Both the position numbers and the translations under genes were made by a program. Below are positions 15,302 through 24,339 of a stretch of 40,374 bases of DNA, piece after piece. Within the stretch, counting starts at the first letter, position 1. Every line of letters starts with the position of its first letter. The DNA is from a virus. Location: IMG/VR virus record IMGVR_UViG_3300049795_000021, positions 1 to 40,374 of that record; one strand, written 5' to 3'. Below the pieces are notes generated by a model. That model was not told the origin of the DNA and made no database searches. It worked only from the letters and a program-made list of their open reading frames with translations.

Positions 15302-16179
15302 CCGCTCGCTGGCAGGCCGCCCACACCTACGCCGCTGGCACGATCATCCTGCCAACCGTCGACAACGGCCGCTGCTTCTATGCCTCGATCGGCGGGACGT
15401 CGGGCTCCAATGAACCGGCGTGGCCCGGCAGGTATCCCGGCGTCGCCGACGGGACGGCGATCATCTGGACGCCGTACACGATCATCCAACCATCGACCAT
15501 CCGCACGATCCAGGGTTGGGACGACTCCACGGGTAGGTACTCGGACGACGTGATCGGCAACTACCTGCTGGACTCGATCGCCGAGTTGGAGAAGACAACA
15601 CGGCGGTACTTCGTGAACAAGCCCGGCTTCACGTGGCAGATGACCTCGTACGGCCGCCCGATCCTCGCCCTGCCGGGACTCCGCACGGCCTCCGCGGTGA
15701 CGTATCAGGGCGCGGCGCAGGTGGCGGGCATTCCCGGACAGGGCTCGGGCTACATGCTCCTCCCAGATGCGCAGCAGACGGGCGTCTTCACCTCGATCTC
15801 CTTCCGGCCTCGCCGGATCCCCGATGGCGATGCGCCGTGGTGGCTGTCGCTGGGCGGCGCGACCACCAACTGGTTCGACACCGCGGCCGACAGCCCGTTC
15901 GACCCGCGGAACTACGGCGGCGGCTACGTCTTCACCTCGACCGAGCTCGACACGATCATCGTCGGCGACTGGGGCTACGCGCCGGGCTCGGAGCCGGGGC
16001 CGTTCGTCCACGCCCTCGAAATCCTCGCCTCGTTCGCCCAGCAGCGGCCGGTGAGCCTGCTCGCGGATTCGGTCATCACGCCACAGGGTGGTGTCCTGTC
16101 CTATAGCCAGATGCCCGCCGAGGTCGGTCAGTTCGTCCGCGATTGGAGTGCGGGTCAGCAGGCGGTCTCACTGGGATGA
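15298..16179 (+). CDS. Head-tail adaptor/connector (gp6-like) with an extra N-terminal GTSGxxEPxWP module
   Basis: 293 aa. YSDDVIGNYLLDSIAELEKTTRRYF resembles gp6-like connectors. The N-terminal ~60 aa (WQAAHTYAAG ... GGTSGSNEPAWP ... DGTAIIW) is paralogous to the N-terminus of the 16807..17442 product. Confidence 0.5.
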   Translation: MTARWQAAHTYAAGTIILPTVDNGRCFYASIGGTSGSNEPAWPGRYPGVADGTAIIWTPYTIIQPSTIRTIQGWDDSTGRYSDDVIGNYLLDSIAELEKTTRRYFVNKPGFTWQMTSYGRPILALPGLRTASAVTYQGAAQVAGIPGQGSGYMLLPDAQQTGVFTSISFRPRRIPDGDAPWWLSLGGATTNWFDTAADSPFDPRNYGGGYVFTSTELDTIIVGDWGYAPGSEPGPFVHALEILASFAQQRPVSLLADSVITPQGGVLSYSQMPAEVGQFVRDWSAGQQAVSLG

Positions 16180-16322
16180 TCTGCGTTCTCTGTCTCCACC
16201 GTCGCGCGCGGCTCGTCCCGCTCCCCCTGACGGGGCGGGTCGTCGCGCTCTGCGACCGCTGTCGGGGGACAGCGTTCATCCGCGAGATGCGGAAGCTGGT
16301 CGCGCATGGTGCTATGCCATGA
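16176..16322 (+). CDS. Small zinc-ribbon-like protein (CxxC ... CxxC)
   Basis: 48 aa: MICVLCLHRRARLVPLPLTGRVVALCDRCRGTAFIREMRKLVAHGAMP. ATGA overlaps at both ends. It was too short to appear in the ORF track. Confidence 0.5.
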   Translation: MICVLCLHRRARLVPLPLTGRVVALCDRCRGTAFIREMRKLVAHGAMP

Positions 16323-16810
16323 GTGAGACGATCGTCGGTCTCTCGGCGCTCAACTGGCGCATGGCCGCTGTTCAGCAGCCCAAAGGCCTGATGAAACTCG
16401 CCGCCGAGCATGTCGTGGGTCAGTTGAGACGGAATATTCCGCGAAAGAGCAGCGGGACATCGCGCACGATTCATGTGGCGGAGGTCAGAGAGACATCGGC
16501 CCTGGTCGTAGGCAACAAGGTGGCGTTGTTCCTTGATATGGGCACCGGCCTATTTGGTCCCAAGCACCAGCGGATCACCCCGAGTGCAGCTAAGGCGCTC
16601 CGCTGGATGGGCGGTCCGGCCGGGTCGCTGCGGTTGTCAGGCAGGGCGCGCAAGGGCAAGGCCGGAACAGGGGCGCACTGGATCTACGCTCGCTCGATAA
16701 AGGGCATGAAGGCGCGCCCGTACATCAGTCGTTCGGTTCAGGAGGCGGCCAGGAAGGTCGGTGTGGAACTGTCCGCTGAGATCATCAAGGACTGGAACGG
16801 CGCCGGGTGA
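16319..16810 (+). CDS. HK97 gp10-like head-tail joining / tail completion protein
   Basis: 163 aa from ATG 16319. The C-terminal GMKARPYISRSV motif is typical of the gp10 family. Position is within the neck module. Confidence 0.6.
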   Translation: MSETIVGLSALNWRMAAVQQPKGLMKLAAEHVVGQLRRNIPRKSSGTSRTIHVAEVRETSALVVGNKVALFLDMGTGLFGPKHQRITPSAAKALRWMGGPAGSLRLSGRARKGKAGTGAHWIYARSIKGMKARPYISRSVQEAARKVGVELSAEIIKDWNGAG

Positions 16811-17442
16811 ACACCACGATCTGGAATCCGTACTGGCAGGCACTCCACGCCTACAGCCTGACCGCGGTCATCCGGCCCACGACGTTCGCGGGCTACACCT
16901 GGCGCGTCACGACGGCCGGGACCAGCGGGGCGACCGAGCCGACGTGGCCCAATCCGCTGCTGACGCCGACCATCGTCGACGGGACCGTGACGTGGAGCGC
17001 GGACACGGCCTTCCGGCAGCAGACGCAGGCGGCCATCCTGACCCTCGTGACCGCGTTCAAGGCGGCGAACCCCACGATCGTCCGCTCGGTCGCGAGCGTC
17101 AGGCCGGGGTCATTTGCCGGTACCGCGTCACTCCCTGTCTTCTACATCGGGGACATGAGCGAGAGTTACGCCTACGTCGGGCAGGTCTGGCAGCGGACGA
17201 TGGCGGGGCTCACCTGTTACCTCGTGGATCAGCTCGGCACCGTGGGCGACTCGAACGACCGGATGAACTTCGCCCACGACGTGTTGGCCGACCTGTTCAC
17301 CGTGAACTTCCACGCGATCTCCCCGCGCTCGATCCTCCAACTCTCAGCGATCAACGACTTCGAGTTCGAGGACCTCGGTCCCGCGTATCCCGCGCTGCAG
17401 TTCATCTTCGGCAGCACCAACATGCAGGAGGGGCGCACGTAG
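16807..17442 (+). CDS. Neck / tail terminator-like protein with an N-terminal GTSGxxEPxWP module
   Basis: GTGA overlap start. 211 aa. It lies just before the major tail gene. The N-terminus is WQALHAYSL ... TAGTSGATEPTWP ... DGTVTW. Confidence 0.45.
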   Translation: MNTTIWNPYWQALHAYSLTAVIRPTTFAGYTWRVTTAGTSGATEPTWPNPLLTPTIVDGTVTWSADTAFRQQTQAAILTLVTAFKAANPTIVRSVASVRPGSFAGTASLPVFYIGDMSESYAYVGQVWQRTMAGLTCYLVDQLGTVGDSNDRMNFAHDVLADLFTVNFHAISPRSILQLSAINDFEFEDLGPAYPALQFIFGSTNMQEGRT

Positions 17443-17529
17443 CCCATCACCACCGACTAGAACCCGACCGGCAGGAGATGCGAGTGTCCGCCGGCTCGGC
17501 CCCTCCCCTACTCGCGGGAGACCTAGGTT

Positions 17530-18552
17530 ATGCCGCTCACCCCAGCAGTCGGAGCACTCAGGCTTCGGGCCTTTCAGACGGGCCTCGAAAGCACGTTCAA
17601 GACCGCCGTCCCGGCCACCCGGCGCTATAGCTGGTCGGCGGTACCGGACATCAATCCCAACTGGACGTTCCCGACCGGCGACACGGGGACGCTCGACCAG
17701 GGACAGGCGCCGTATGGCACGGCCCGCGACTTCGTCCTTGCCGCAACGGGTCAGCTCGCCGCCAACGACGTGCCCACGATCCAGTCGGCGGGTGTCATGG
17801 GTGGCCAGTCGATCACGACATCGGGCACCGCCAAGACCTTCACGACACAGCCCGCGTCGCTCTCGCAGGACGTCTTCGATACCTGGACGGGCGAATGGTT
17901 CGATGACTCGACCGACGCCTTCCAGCTCGACGGCGGGGTCATCAACGACTTCTCCCTCGAATACCCGCAGGATGGCGGCCCGATCAACCTGACCGCCAAC
18001 TGGCGGTTCGCCAAACTCGGGACCTACCCCGCCACCCCGACGCCGGGCCTGACGCCGGACCAGAGCCCGGTCTACCTCTACATGACCGATACCGAGTTCT
18101 ACGTCAACGACAGCTCGGGCACGATCGAGACCACGAAGCTCACCGACATCGCCTACGGGGCGACGTTCGGGGTCAACAACAACCTCGACCTGAAGCGCTG
18201 GGCCAACGGTTCCTCGACGCGGTTCCAGATCCAGAACTACGGCCGCGGCCTGCGCGTCGTGAACTTCGCCCTGATCGGGGCCAAGCAGACGGCATGGGTC
18301 GCCGAGTGCGTCAAGTGGCTGGCCGATAATCCGGTCGAGCGCTTCTGGGGCCTCAAGACGACCTCGACCGCGTTCGCCTCGCTGGGTGTTCCGTACTTGC
18401 TCGACATCCGGATGCCGGGCTACTGGCTCTCCCGGTCCGAGCAGACGATCAACTCCAACACCGCGTTCCAGCTCTCCGGGCAGAACGTCTACGACTCGGG
18501 ACTCGGCTATCCGTTCCGGATGTCGTCGGTCTCGACGAGGGCCGCGCTGTGA
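17530..18552 (+). CDS. Major tail (tube) protein (putative)
   Basis: 340 aa. GGGAGA RBS. It immediately precedes the frameshifting tail assembly chaperone pair, the canonical siphovirus position. Confidence 0.55.
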   Translation: MPLTPAVGALRLRAFQTGLESTFKTAVPATRRYSWSAVPDINPNWTFPTGDTGTLDQGQAPYGTARDFVLAATGQLAANDVPTIQSAGVMGGQSITTSGTAKTFTTQPASLSQDVFDTWTGEWFDDSTDAFQLDGGVINDFSLEYPQDGGPINLTANWRFAKLGTYPATPTPGLTPDQSPVYLYMTDTEFYVNDSSGTIETTKLTDIAYGATFGVNNNLDLKRWANGSSTRFQIQNYGRGLRVVNFALIGAKQTAWVAECVKWLADNPVERFWGLKTTSTAFASLGVPYLLDIRMPGYWLSRSEQTINSNTAFQLSGQNVYDSGLGYPFRMSSVSTRAAL

Positions 18553-19040
18553 TCGAGGTCGTCGTCCCCTGCTCGTGCCCGGGCGCGCCGCACGAGCAGG
18601 ACAGCGTGTCACTGCCATCGGAGACCGACGTCCGCATCGGCGCCGCTGTCATGGCGGCGGTCCGGGTCAGTCCCAGCAGCATCCCCGAGATGGAGAGTGC
18701 GATCTCGACCGCGCTCCTCCATGTCGCGCCGCGAGCGTGGACCTTTGTCGACGAGAAAGGCGAGCCGCTAGAGGTCAGCGCCGAAAACATCGACGCGCGC
18801 CTAACGTGGAACCACGGAGGGATGGAGGTCGCTGAGAAGGCGAATGACCTCTACGGGGCTGGCTCTCCGACCGGTGTGTTCGTCCCTTTACTCCCCAAGA
18901 AACCGAAGGCTTCGCGCTCTGGGCGGACGGCCGCCTCGACCTCTCCGACCCCTACGTCTGGATCGCCCACGGACTCGTCGGACAAGCCGTCCTTGCGCGC
19001 TGTCACGGGTGGCAAGCGATCCGGGGCGAAGGCGAGTTGA
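18549..19040 (+). CDS. Tail assembly chaperone, short (G-like) form
   Basis: GTGA overlap start. It lies between the major tail and tape measure genes and contains the slippery heptamer CCCTTTA in the correct phase. Confidence 0.75.
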   Translation: MIEVVVPCSCPGAPHEQDSVSLPSETDVRIGAAVMAAVRVSPSSIPEMESAISTALLHVAPRAWTFVDEKGEPLEVSAENIDARLTWNHGGMEVAEKANDLYGAGSPTGVFVPLLPKKPKASRSGRTAASTSPTPTSGSPTDSSDKPSLRAVTGGKRSGAKAS

Positions 19041-19186
19041 CCTGGAGGGAGGCGTTTGCCACGCTCCAATTGGAGGCAGAGGAACGGATCGGACGCGCTC
19101 AGCGAGCGGCTGTTGAGAGCATCAACGCCGGGCAAGATGACGCCGCCGCTGCCATGCGTGCGGCGGCCGAGGCTGCCGGCGGATGA
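18549..19186 (+). CDS. Tail assembly chaperone, long (G-T-like) form made by -1 frameshifting at 18884-18890
   Basis: The -1 frame after the slip reads TPQETEGFALWADGRLDLSDPYVWIAHGLVGQAVLARCHGWQAIRGEGELTWREAFATLQLEAEERIGRAQRAAVESINAGQDDAAAAMRAAAEAAGG. It ends in an ATGA overlap with the tape measure start. This looks far more protein-like than the zero-frame tail. Confidence 0.7.
18884..18890 (+). promoter_or_regulatory. -1 programmed ribosomal frameshift slippery site C CCT TTA
   Basis: X XXY YYZ heptamer in phase with the 18549 frame (codons gtC CCT TTA). The -1 frame is open from 18836 to the TGA at 19184-19186. Confidence 0.75.
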
Positions 19187-21366
19187 GCTTTGCCGAGACC
19201 GCCGAGCTCGCGGTCAACCTCAAGCTCGGGACGACGGGCTCGTTCCGTGGCGCCACGTCCGAGATTCAGGGTCTTGAGGCTGCGGCTGCGCGTGGCACGC
19301 TTGGGACGGGGATTCTGTCGCGCGGTTTCGGCGCGGCGACCGGAGCCGCGTCGCGGTTCGGCGGGGCGCTCGGCCATGCGAAGAGCCAGATCGGCGGACT
19401 CATCACGGGACCGTTGGGGCTGGCAGGGCTCGGCCTCTCCCTGTTCTCGATCGGCGGTGCGCTCGAAGGTGGCATCCAGAAGGCGACCGAGATGGGCAAG
19501 GCCGCGTCACGATTGTCGGCGATCACGGGACTGGCGGTCGAGACGACCTCGGCCCTGTCGTCGGCGATGGATCACTTCGGGATCAGCGCTGACAAGCAAC
19601 TTCGGTCGGTCGGATTCCTTGAGAAGAACGTCGGGCTGCTCGCCTCGCGCAAGGACGGCATCGTCAACTTCGAGAAGGACTTCAGCTTCTCCCTGACCGA
19701 CGCCAACGGCAACCTGAAGGACGCCAACGCGCTGGTCCTCCAGTCGGCCGACTATTTCAACAACAAGAGCATCCCGGCAACAACCAAGGCGGCGGCTCTC
19801 GCCAAGCTCTACGGCCGGAGTTGGCAGGACCTCATTCCGCTCCTGTCGGCTGGCTCGGCAGGGATCGCTGCGGCGGAGGAGGAGGCGCGCAAGTTCGGGC
19901 TGACCCTGACGAAGGACAACATCGGCCAACTGGCGGCACTCCGCGAGGCGACCCGCAACTGGGGCACCGCGCTCGGCGGCTTGGAGGTCCAGATCGGGCT
20001 GCTCGTCGTCGGGCCATTGACGGATCTCGCGAAGTTCGGGACCACGTTCCTCGCCGAGAACCGTGACAAGATCACGGCCTTCTTCAAGAACCTGATCCAC
20101 AGCGCGCAGCAGTTCGCGGGCTTCGTCACGGGCACCGTTGTCCCGACGCTGATGTCCATCGGTTCGGCTGCCAAGACGGCATGGGAGGCCGTCCCGGCGC
20201 CGATCCGCGATCTGCTCGTCAAGGGCTTCGTTGCGGACAAGGCGGTCAAGTTCCTGTTCGGGTTCTCACCGATCACATTCGCCAAGGACGCGCTCGGTGG
20301 CCTGTTGAGCAAGGGCGGTACGCCATTCAATCCGCTGTTCGTCAAGGAGGTCGGGCTCGGCAGGGGACTGGGCGCGCTCGGCGGCGGACTGCCCGGACTC
20401 GGAGCCGCAGCGGCCGAGGGTGGCGCAGCCGCGGCTGGCCTCGGTGTCGGAACCATCCTGGCGGGAGTTGCCGCTGGGACTGCGGTGTCCGCACTCGGGA
20501 TCATGGGTCTCGGTTGGCTCATCAACGCCACGAGCACGCCTGCCCAGATGGCCGCCACCCAAGCCAACATCGACGCTGCGGCCCGGCGCAGGTACGGGGG
20601 TCCGGCCTATCAGAATGCTCCGACCGGACCGAGCGACAGCCCGCTCGGTCGGACCTCGGCCGCCGGCGATCGCGGGCTGGACAGCGCGGCCCTCCGTTCG
20701 GTCGGAACCCCGATCGCCGACAAGATGCTCGACAGCCCGCTTGGGCGGATGGGGCCGCAGATCGTCGCCGCCCTCAGAGACAGTCGGGCTGCCGCCAGAG
20801 TCGATGCGGCCCGACTCAACGCCGAGTTCCGCGGGATCACCGGAGCCCTGACCGGAGCCAAGGGCGATACCGCGATCGCCAAGGCCCTCAAGGCGGCGAT
20901 GACCGAGATCTTCGTCAAAGGCAAGGGCGGCTCGGGCGGTGCGCAGAACGTGCTGGCGGCTCTCAAGATCGACCTTGTGCGGACCCACGATCCGCAGTTG
21001 CAAGCGGCGCTGCGAGAGGCCATCGGCCGGGTCGAGCACGTCATCCCGGCCCGGAAGCTCATCGAGGCGCAGCTCACCAAGGCCGACCAGATCTTCCGCT
21101 CGAACCTGACGAATGCCCAGAAGATCACGGCCCTGCAGCACATCGAGGAGGTCATCGGCACCAAGAACCGGACCGCGACGAAAGAGGTTGCGGCCAAGAT
21201 CGACGCGGCCAAGCGGGCACAAGTCGCGGCGCAGAAGGCCACGACGGCGGCGGTCCAGAAGGAAAAGAACCTGCAGGTCGTCATCAACAACCTCATCAGC
21301 GTCCGCGGCCTGACCACGCTCACCAGCCGCGACACACGCTACTACCGCAACGGGATCGGCCTGTGA
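19183..21366 (+). CDS. Tape measure protein
   Basis: 727 aa. Follows the chaperone pair. Helical Ala/Lys/Gln-rich sequence with a Gly-rich hydrophobic segment (GLGALGGGLPGLGAAAAEGGAAAAGLGVGTILAGVAAG). Confidence 0.85.
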   Translation: MSFAETAELAVNLKLGTTGSFRGATSEIQGLEAAAARGTLGTGILSRGFGAATGAASRFGGALGHAKSQIGGLITGPLGLAGLGLSLFSIGGALEGGIQKATEMGKAASRLSAITGLAVETTSALSSAMDHFGISADKQLRSVGFLEKNVGLLASRKDGIVNFEKDFSFSLTDANGNLKDANALVLQSADYFNNKSIPATTKAAALAKLYGRSWQDLIPLLSAGSAGIAAAEEEARKFGLTLTKDNIGQLAALREATRNWGTALGGLEVQIGLLVVGPLTDLAKFGTTFLAENRDKITAFFKNLIHSAQQFAGFVTGTVVPTLMSIGSAAKTAWEAVPAPIRDLLVKGFVADKAVKFLFGFSPITFAKDALGGLLSKGGTPFNPLFVKEVGLGRGLGALGGGLPGLGAAAAEGGAAAAGLGVGTILAGVAAGTAVSALGIMGLGWLINATSTPAQMAATQANIDAAARRRYGGPAYQNAPTGPSDSPLGRTSAAGDRGLDSAALRSVGTPIADKMLDSPLGRMGPQIVAALRDSRAAARVDAARLNAEFRGITGALTGAKGDTAIAKALKAAMTEIFVKGKGGSGGAQNVLAALKIDLVRTHDPQLQAALREAIGRVEHVIPARKLIEAQLTKADQIFRSNLTNAQKITALQHIEEVIGTKNRTATKEVAAKIDAAKRAQVAAQKATTAAVQKEKNLQVVINNLISVRGLTTLTSRDTRYYRNGIGL

Positions 21367-23402
21367 GCCTCGATACCTACCTCGCGGGCTCGCTGGTCGG
21401 GACCACTCGCGTCCGTCTCCGAATGAGCGGTGACCAGGGCATCGCCATCTCCGCCGCGGCGGACGGCTCGATGGCGCAGGGCGGCATCGTGTTCGACGAT
21501 CCCGATAGCACGATGTCGGTCATCGGCTGGCAGCCCGTCTACGTGGTGGAGACGCTCTGCACCGCGGCCCCGCGATTGGGCACGGGCTACATCGGGGACC
21601 GAACCTACCGCCGCGGCCATTACCGGACCGGCGGTGGGCGCGAGATTGATACGACGGTCCTCGATTCCAATGTCCTGTTGCAGATGCACCGGATCAATGG
21701 CGGAGACTCGCTCCGGCCGGAAGAGACCGCGGCGGCTCGCATTGCATGGCTGCTGGCCTCGGGCTACATCCCGCTCGTGGCCGATCTCGGGCTCGTTAAT
21801 ACCACGGGCACCCTGACCTATGACGCCACCCAATACAAGGGCCAGTTCCCGTCCGATGTGCTGAACGACCTGTGTGGGCCGCGGGAGTTCATCTTCTTCG
21901 TCTACTGGGACCAGTCAGCGGCGGCGCTCGGGTTGTTCTTCGATGCCCCCACGGCCACGACGTTCACCTCGACCCTGACCATCAGCAATGTCCTGTCGGA
22001 CGTCGACAACGTGACGTGCTTCACCCCGTATAACGACGCCGAGAGCATGCTCGACCCATCCGAGGTCTATTCGCACCTCCGCTATGTCTACGCGGGCGGC
22101 GTCTATTACGCAGGCAACGCGGCCACGGACGCCGCGTTCTTCCCGTCGCCGCTCCTGCACCGGGATACGGTGGTCGAGAACATGCTGGTCGGCAAGACCT
22201 CGACCGCCATCACCTTCGCCAATCGGATCCTCGCCCGCGACGCCGTCGAGAATCAGATCATCACGATGACCGTCAAGCTGCCGGCGTCCAAGGTCGGCTT
22301 GATCGACGCCGGGATGCGGCTCAACGTCCGCCTGTCGCACGTCCCCGGCTTCACGTCGTTCGCCTATACCCGCGTCGAGCAGATCACGAAGGCCCAGACC
22401 GAGGGCACGCCGGACTTCTACGACGTGGGGCTGCGGCTGTCGACCCACGGCATCGTCGGCGGCGGTGGGACGGGCGGTGGTTCAACCCTGCCGTTCCCGA
22501 TCAGCTCGGGTACGCCGCCGCCGCTTGTCCAGTCGGCTATCCGCGTCGATGGCTCGTTCTTCAGCCCATCACCGGGCAATCCGACCGACGGCAATCTGCT
22601 CGTGGCATGGATGGTCGAGCGGAGCGGCGCGACCTATCCCCCGATCCCAACGGGCTGGACCTCTCAGGCCACGTGCGTGAATTCGTCGTCGGTCTACGGT
22701 CCGGGCAACGGCGGACGGCTCGTCTACAAGATCGCCTCGGGCGACACGGCGACCTCGATCGAGACCGATTTCACGATCGGCGGAGTCGGGACGACGTTCA
22801 TGGAATGGGGCGCGACGGCGATCGGTGCGTCCGTCGCCGTAAGCGATGTCAACGCCAACAACGCGTCGCTCGTGCTGGCGTGCGGCCCGATCACGCCCTC
22901 GGCCGCCAACGCCATCGTCGTCGGCTGTGCCGTCCAAGGCACGTTCGGGTGTAGCACCGTCGCCACGCCCGATGCGGGAGTGACGCAACTCGGCAACTTC
23001 TGCTTCCCGGGCGGGAACGATCCGACCAACTGGGTCGGATACAAGACGGTCACGACCCCGGCCGCGACGACGGTCGGCGGAATGATGGAGATCGGTGGTC
23101 GCAACGAGTACGGCTTCGTGGTGCTCACCCTCCTCCCCGCCACCGGTGCGGATCCGACTCTGCCCGGAGGTCCGGTCATCAACGAGTTCGTCGCCAACGG
23201 CGACGGGACGACCGTCCTGTTCACGACCGCTCAACCATATGCGCCGCTGTCGCTGCACGTTCGTGTCGATGGCGTGCCGATCATCCTTGGCTTGATCGAG
23301 ACCGATTCCGCAGCGGGCACATTCACGTTGGACTTCGCACCGTTGGGGGCGATTGGGGATAGTCCGGCCGAGACGGTCTACGTGGATTACGTGGCAGCAT
23401 GA
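21363..23402 (+). CDS. Minor tail protein (distal tail / tip protein with a C-terminal putative receptor-binding region)
   Basis: GTGA overlap with the tape measure stop. 679 aa. A Gly linker (GGGGTGGGS) separates two halves. The part of the ORF upstream of 21363 overlaps the tape measure gene and is rejected. Confidence 0.65.
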   Translation: MSLDTYLAGSLVGTTRVRLRMSGDQGIAISAAADGSMAQGGIVFDDPDSTMSVIGWQPVYVVETLCTAAPRLGTGYIGDRTYRRGHYRTGGGREIDTTVLDSNVLLQMHRINGGDSLRPEETAAARIAWLLASGYIPLVADLGLVNTTGTLTYDATQYKGQFPSDVLNDLCGPREFIFFVYWDQSAAALGLFFDAPTATTFTSTLTISNVLSDVDNVTCFTPYNDAESMLDPSEVYSHLRYVYAGGVYYAGNAATDAAFFPSPLLHRDTVVENMLVGKTSTAITFANRILARDAVENQIITMTVKLPASKVGLIDAGMRLNVRLSHVPGFTSFAYTRVEQITKAQTEGTPDFYDVGLRLSTHGIVGGGGTGGGSTLPFPISSGTPPPLVQSAIRVDGSFFSPSPGNPTDGNLLVAWMVERSGATYPPIPTGWTSQATCVNSSSVYGPGNGGRLVYKIASGDTATSIETDFTIGGVGTTFMEWGATAIGASVAVSDVNANNASLVLACGPITPSAANAIVVGCAVQGTFGCSTVATPDAGVTQLGNFCFPGGNDPTNWVGYKTVTTPAATTVGGMMEIGGRNEYGFVVLTLLPATGADPTLPGGPVINEFVANGDGTTVLFTTAQPYAPLSLHVRVDGVPIILGLIETDSAAGTFTLDFAPLGAIGDSPAETVYVDYVAA

Positions 23403-24067
23403 CCAGCCGCGCCGATTCGCATGGTCCGGAATTCCACCGGAAGACTGCCCATCCACAGCCGGTCCGTTGTGCGACCACGGCCCCCATCACGATCAGCACG
23501 GCCCTGAACAACGGCGACACACTCGACGGGCTGACCATGGCAACGGGCGATCGGGTGCTCGTCAAGGATCAGTCCACGGGATCGCAGAATGGCATCTACA
23601 TCGTCGGCGTCACACCCGCCCGGGCATTCGACATGGACGACGGGCTGGAGGCGTGGGGCTCGATCGTCTACGTCATCGCGGGGACGGCCAACGGCGGTAA
23701 GGCATTCAAGAACACCAATGTCACGCTACCGACGATCGACGCCACGGCCCTGACGTTCACAGAGTTCGGAGCGTCCGGCGGCTCGGTCACATCGGTCGCG
23801 CTCACAGTCCCCGCCGAGTTCAGCGTGTCGGGCTCGCCGATCACCACCTCCGGGACGCTCGCGGTCACCAAGGCGAACGAGTCGGCGAACACTGTCTGGG
23901 CGGGACCCACGACCGGCTCTGCGGCGGCTCCGACATTCCGGGCGCTCGTGGCAGCGGACATCCCGGCGGGGGTCGGGGCCGTCCACGAGATCGTCATGGT
24001 GACGGGCAGTGCACCGCCCGATCCGGTGTTGAATACCGCGGGTGACGATTGGGTGTATTCGTCATGA
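23399..24067 (+). CDS. Tail fibre protein
   Basis: 222 aa. The motif VRCATTAPITISTALNNGDTLDGLTMATGDRVLVKDQSTGSQNGIYIV is common in tail fibre N-termini. A VTSVALTVPAEFSVSGSPITTSGTLAV ... PTFRALVAADIP repeat unit follows. Confidence 0.65.
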   Translation: MTSRADSHGPEFHRKTAHPQPVRCATTAPITISTALNNGDTLDGLTMATGDRVLVKDQSTGSQNGIYIVGVTPARAFDMDDGLEAWGSIVYVIAGTANGGKAFKNTNVTLPTIDATALTFTEFGASGGSVTSVALTVPAEFSVSGSPITTSGTLAVTKANESANTVWAGPTTGSAAAPTFRALVAADIPAGVGAVHEIVMVTGSAPPDPVLNTAGDDWVYSS

Positions 24068-24330
24068 CCCGGACGTATGCGACCCTCGGTAGCGATGGCA
24101 TCCTGACGGCGGCGCAACGGCCGGCTGCGGCTGGACTGACGAAACTCAGCGGCCAGACGATCCAGATCACACAGACGACCATTGCTCATGGCCTCGGCGG
24201 AACGCCCTCGGTCGTCATCATCTCGCCACGCGGCGTGTCTTTCGTGTATGAGAGCCAGGTCGCGGACGGGACGAACGTCTATATGACCGCCGCCGGGATC
24301 ACGACGGCCGATATCTATGTCGCCCTGTAG
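24064..24330 (+). CDS. Hypothetical tail-module protein
   Basis: ATGA overlap start. 88 aa. Lies between two fibre-like genes. Confidence 0.5.
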   Translation: MTRTYATLGSDGILTAAQRPAAAGLTKLSGQTIQITQTTIAHGLGGTPSVVIISPRGVSFVYESQVADGTNVYMTAAGITTADIYVAL

Positions 24331-24339
24331 GAGTCGGCC

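Noticed and set aside
20181-21362. N-terminal 394 codons of the 1073-aa ORF 20181..23402
   Set aside because: This part overlaps the tape measure gene in another frame and encodes R/G/P-rich nonsense. The real gene starts at the GTG (21363) that overlaps the tape measure stop.
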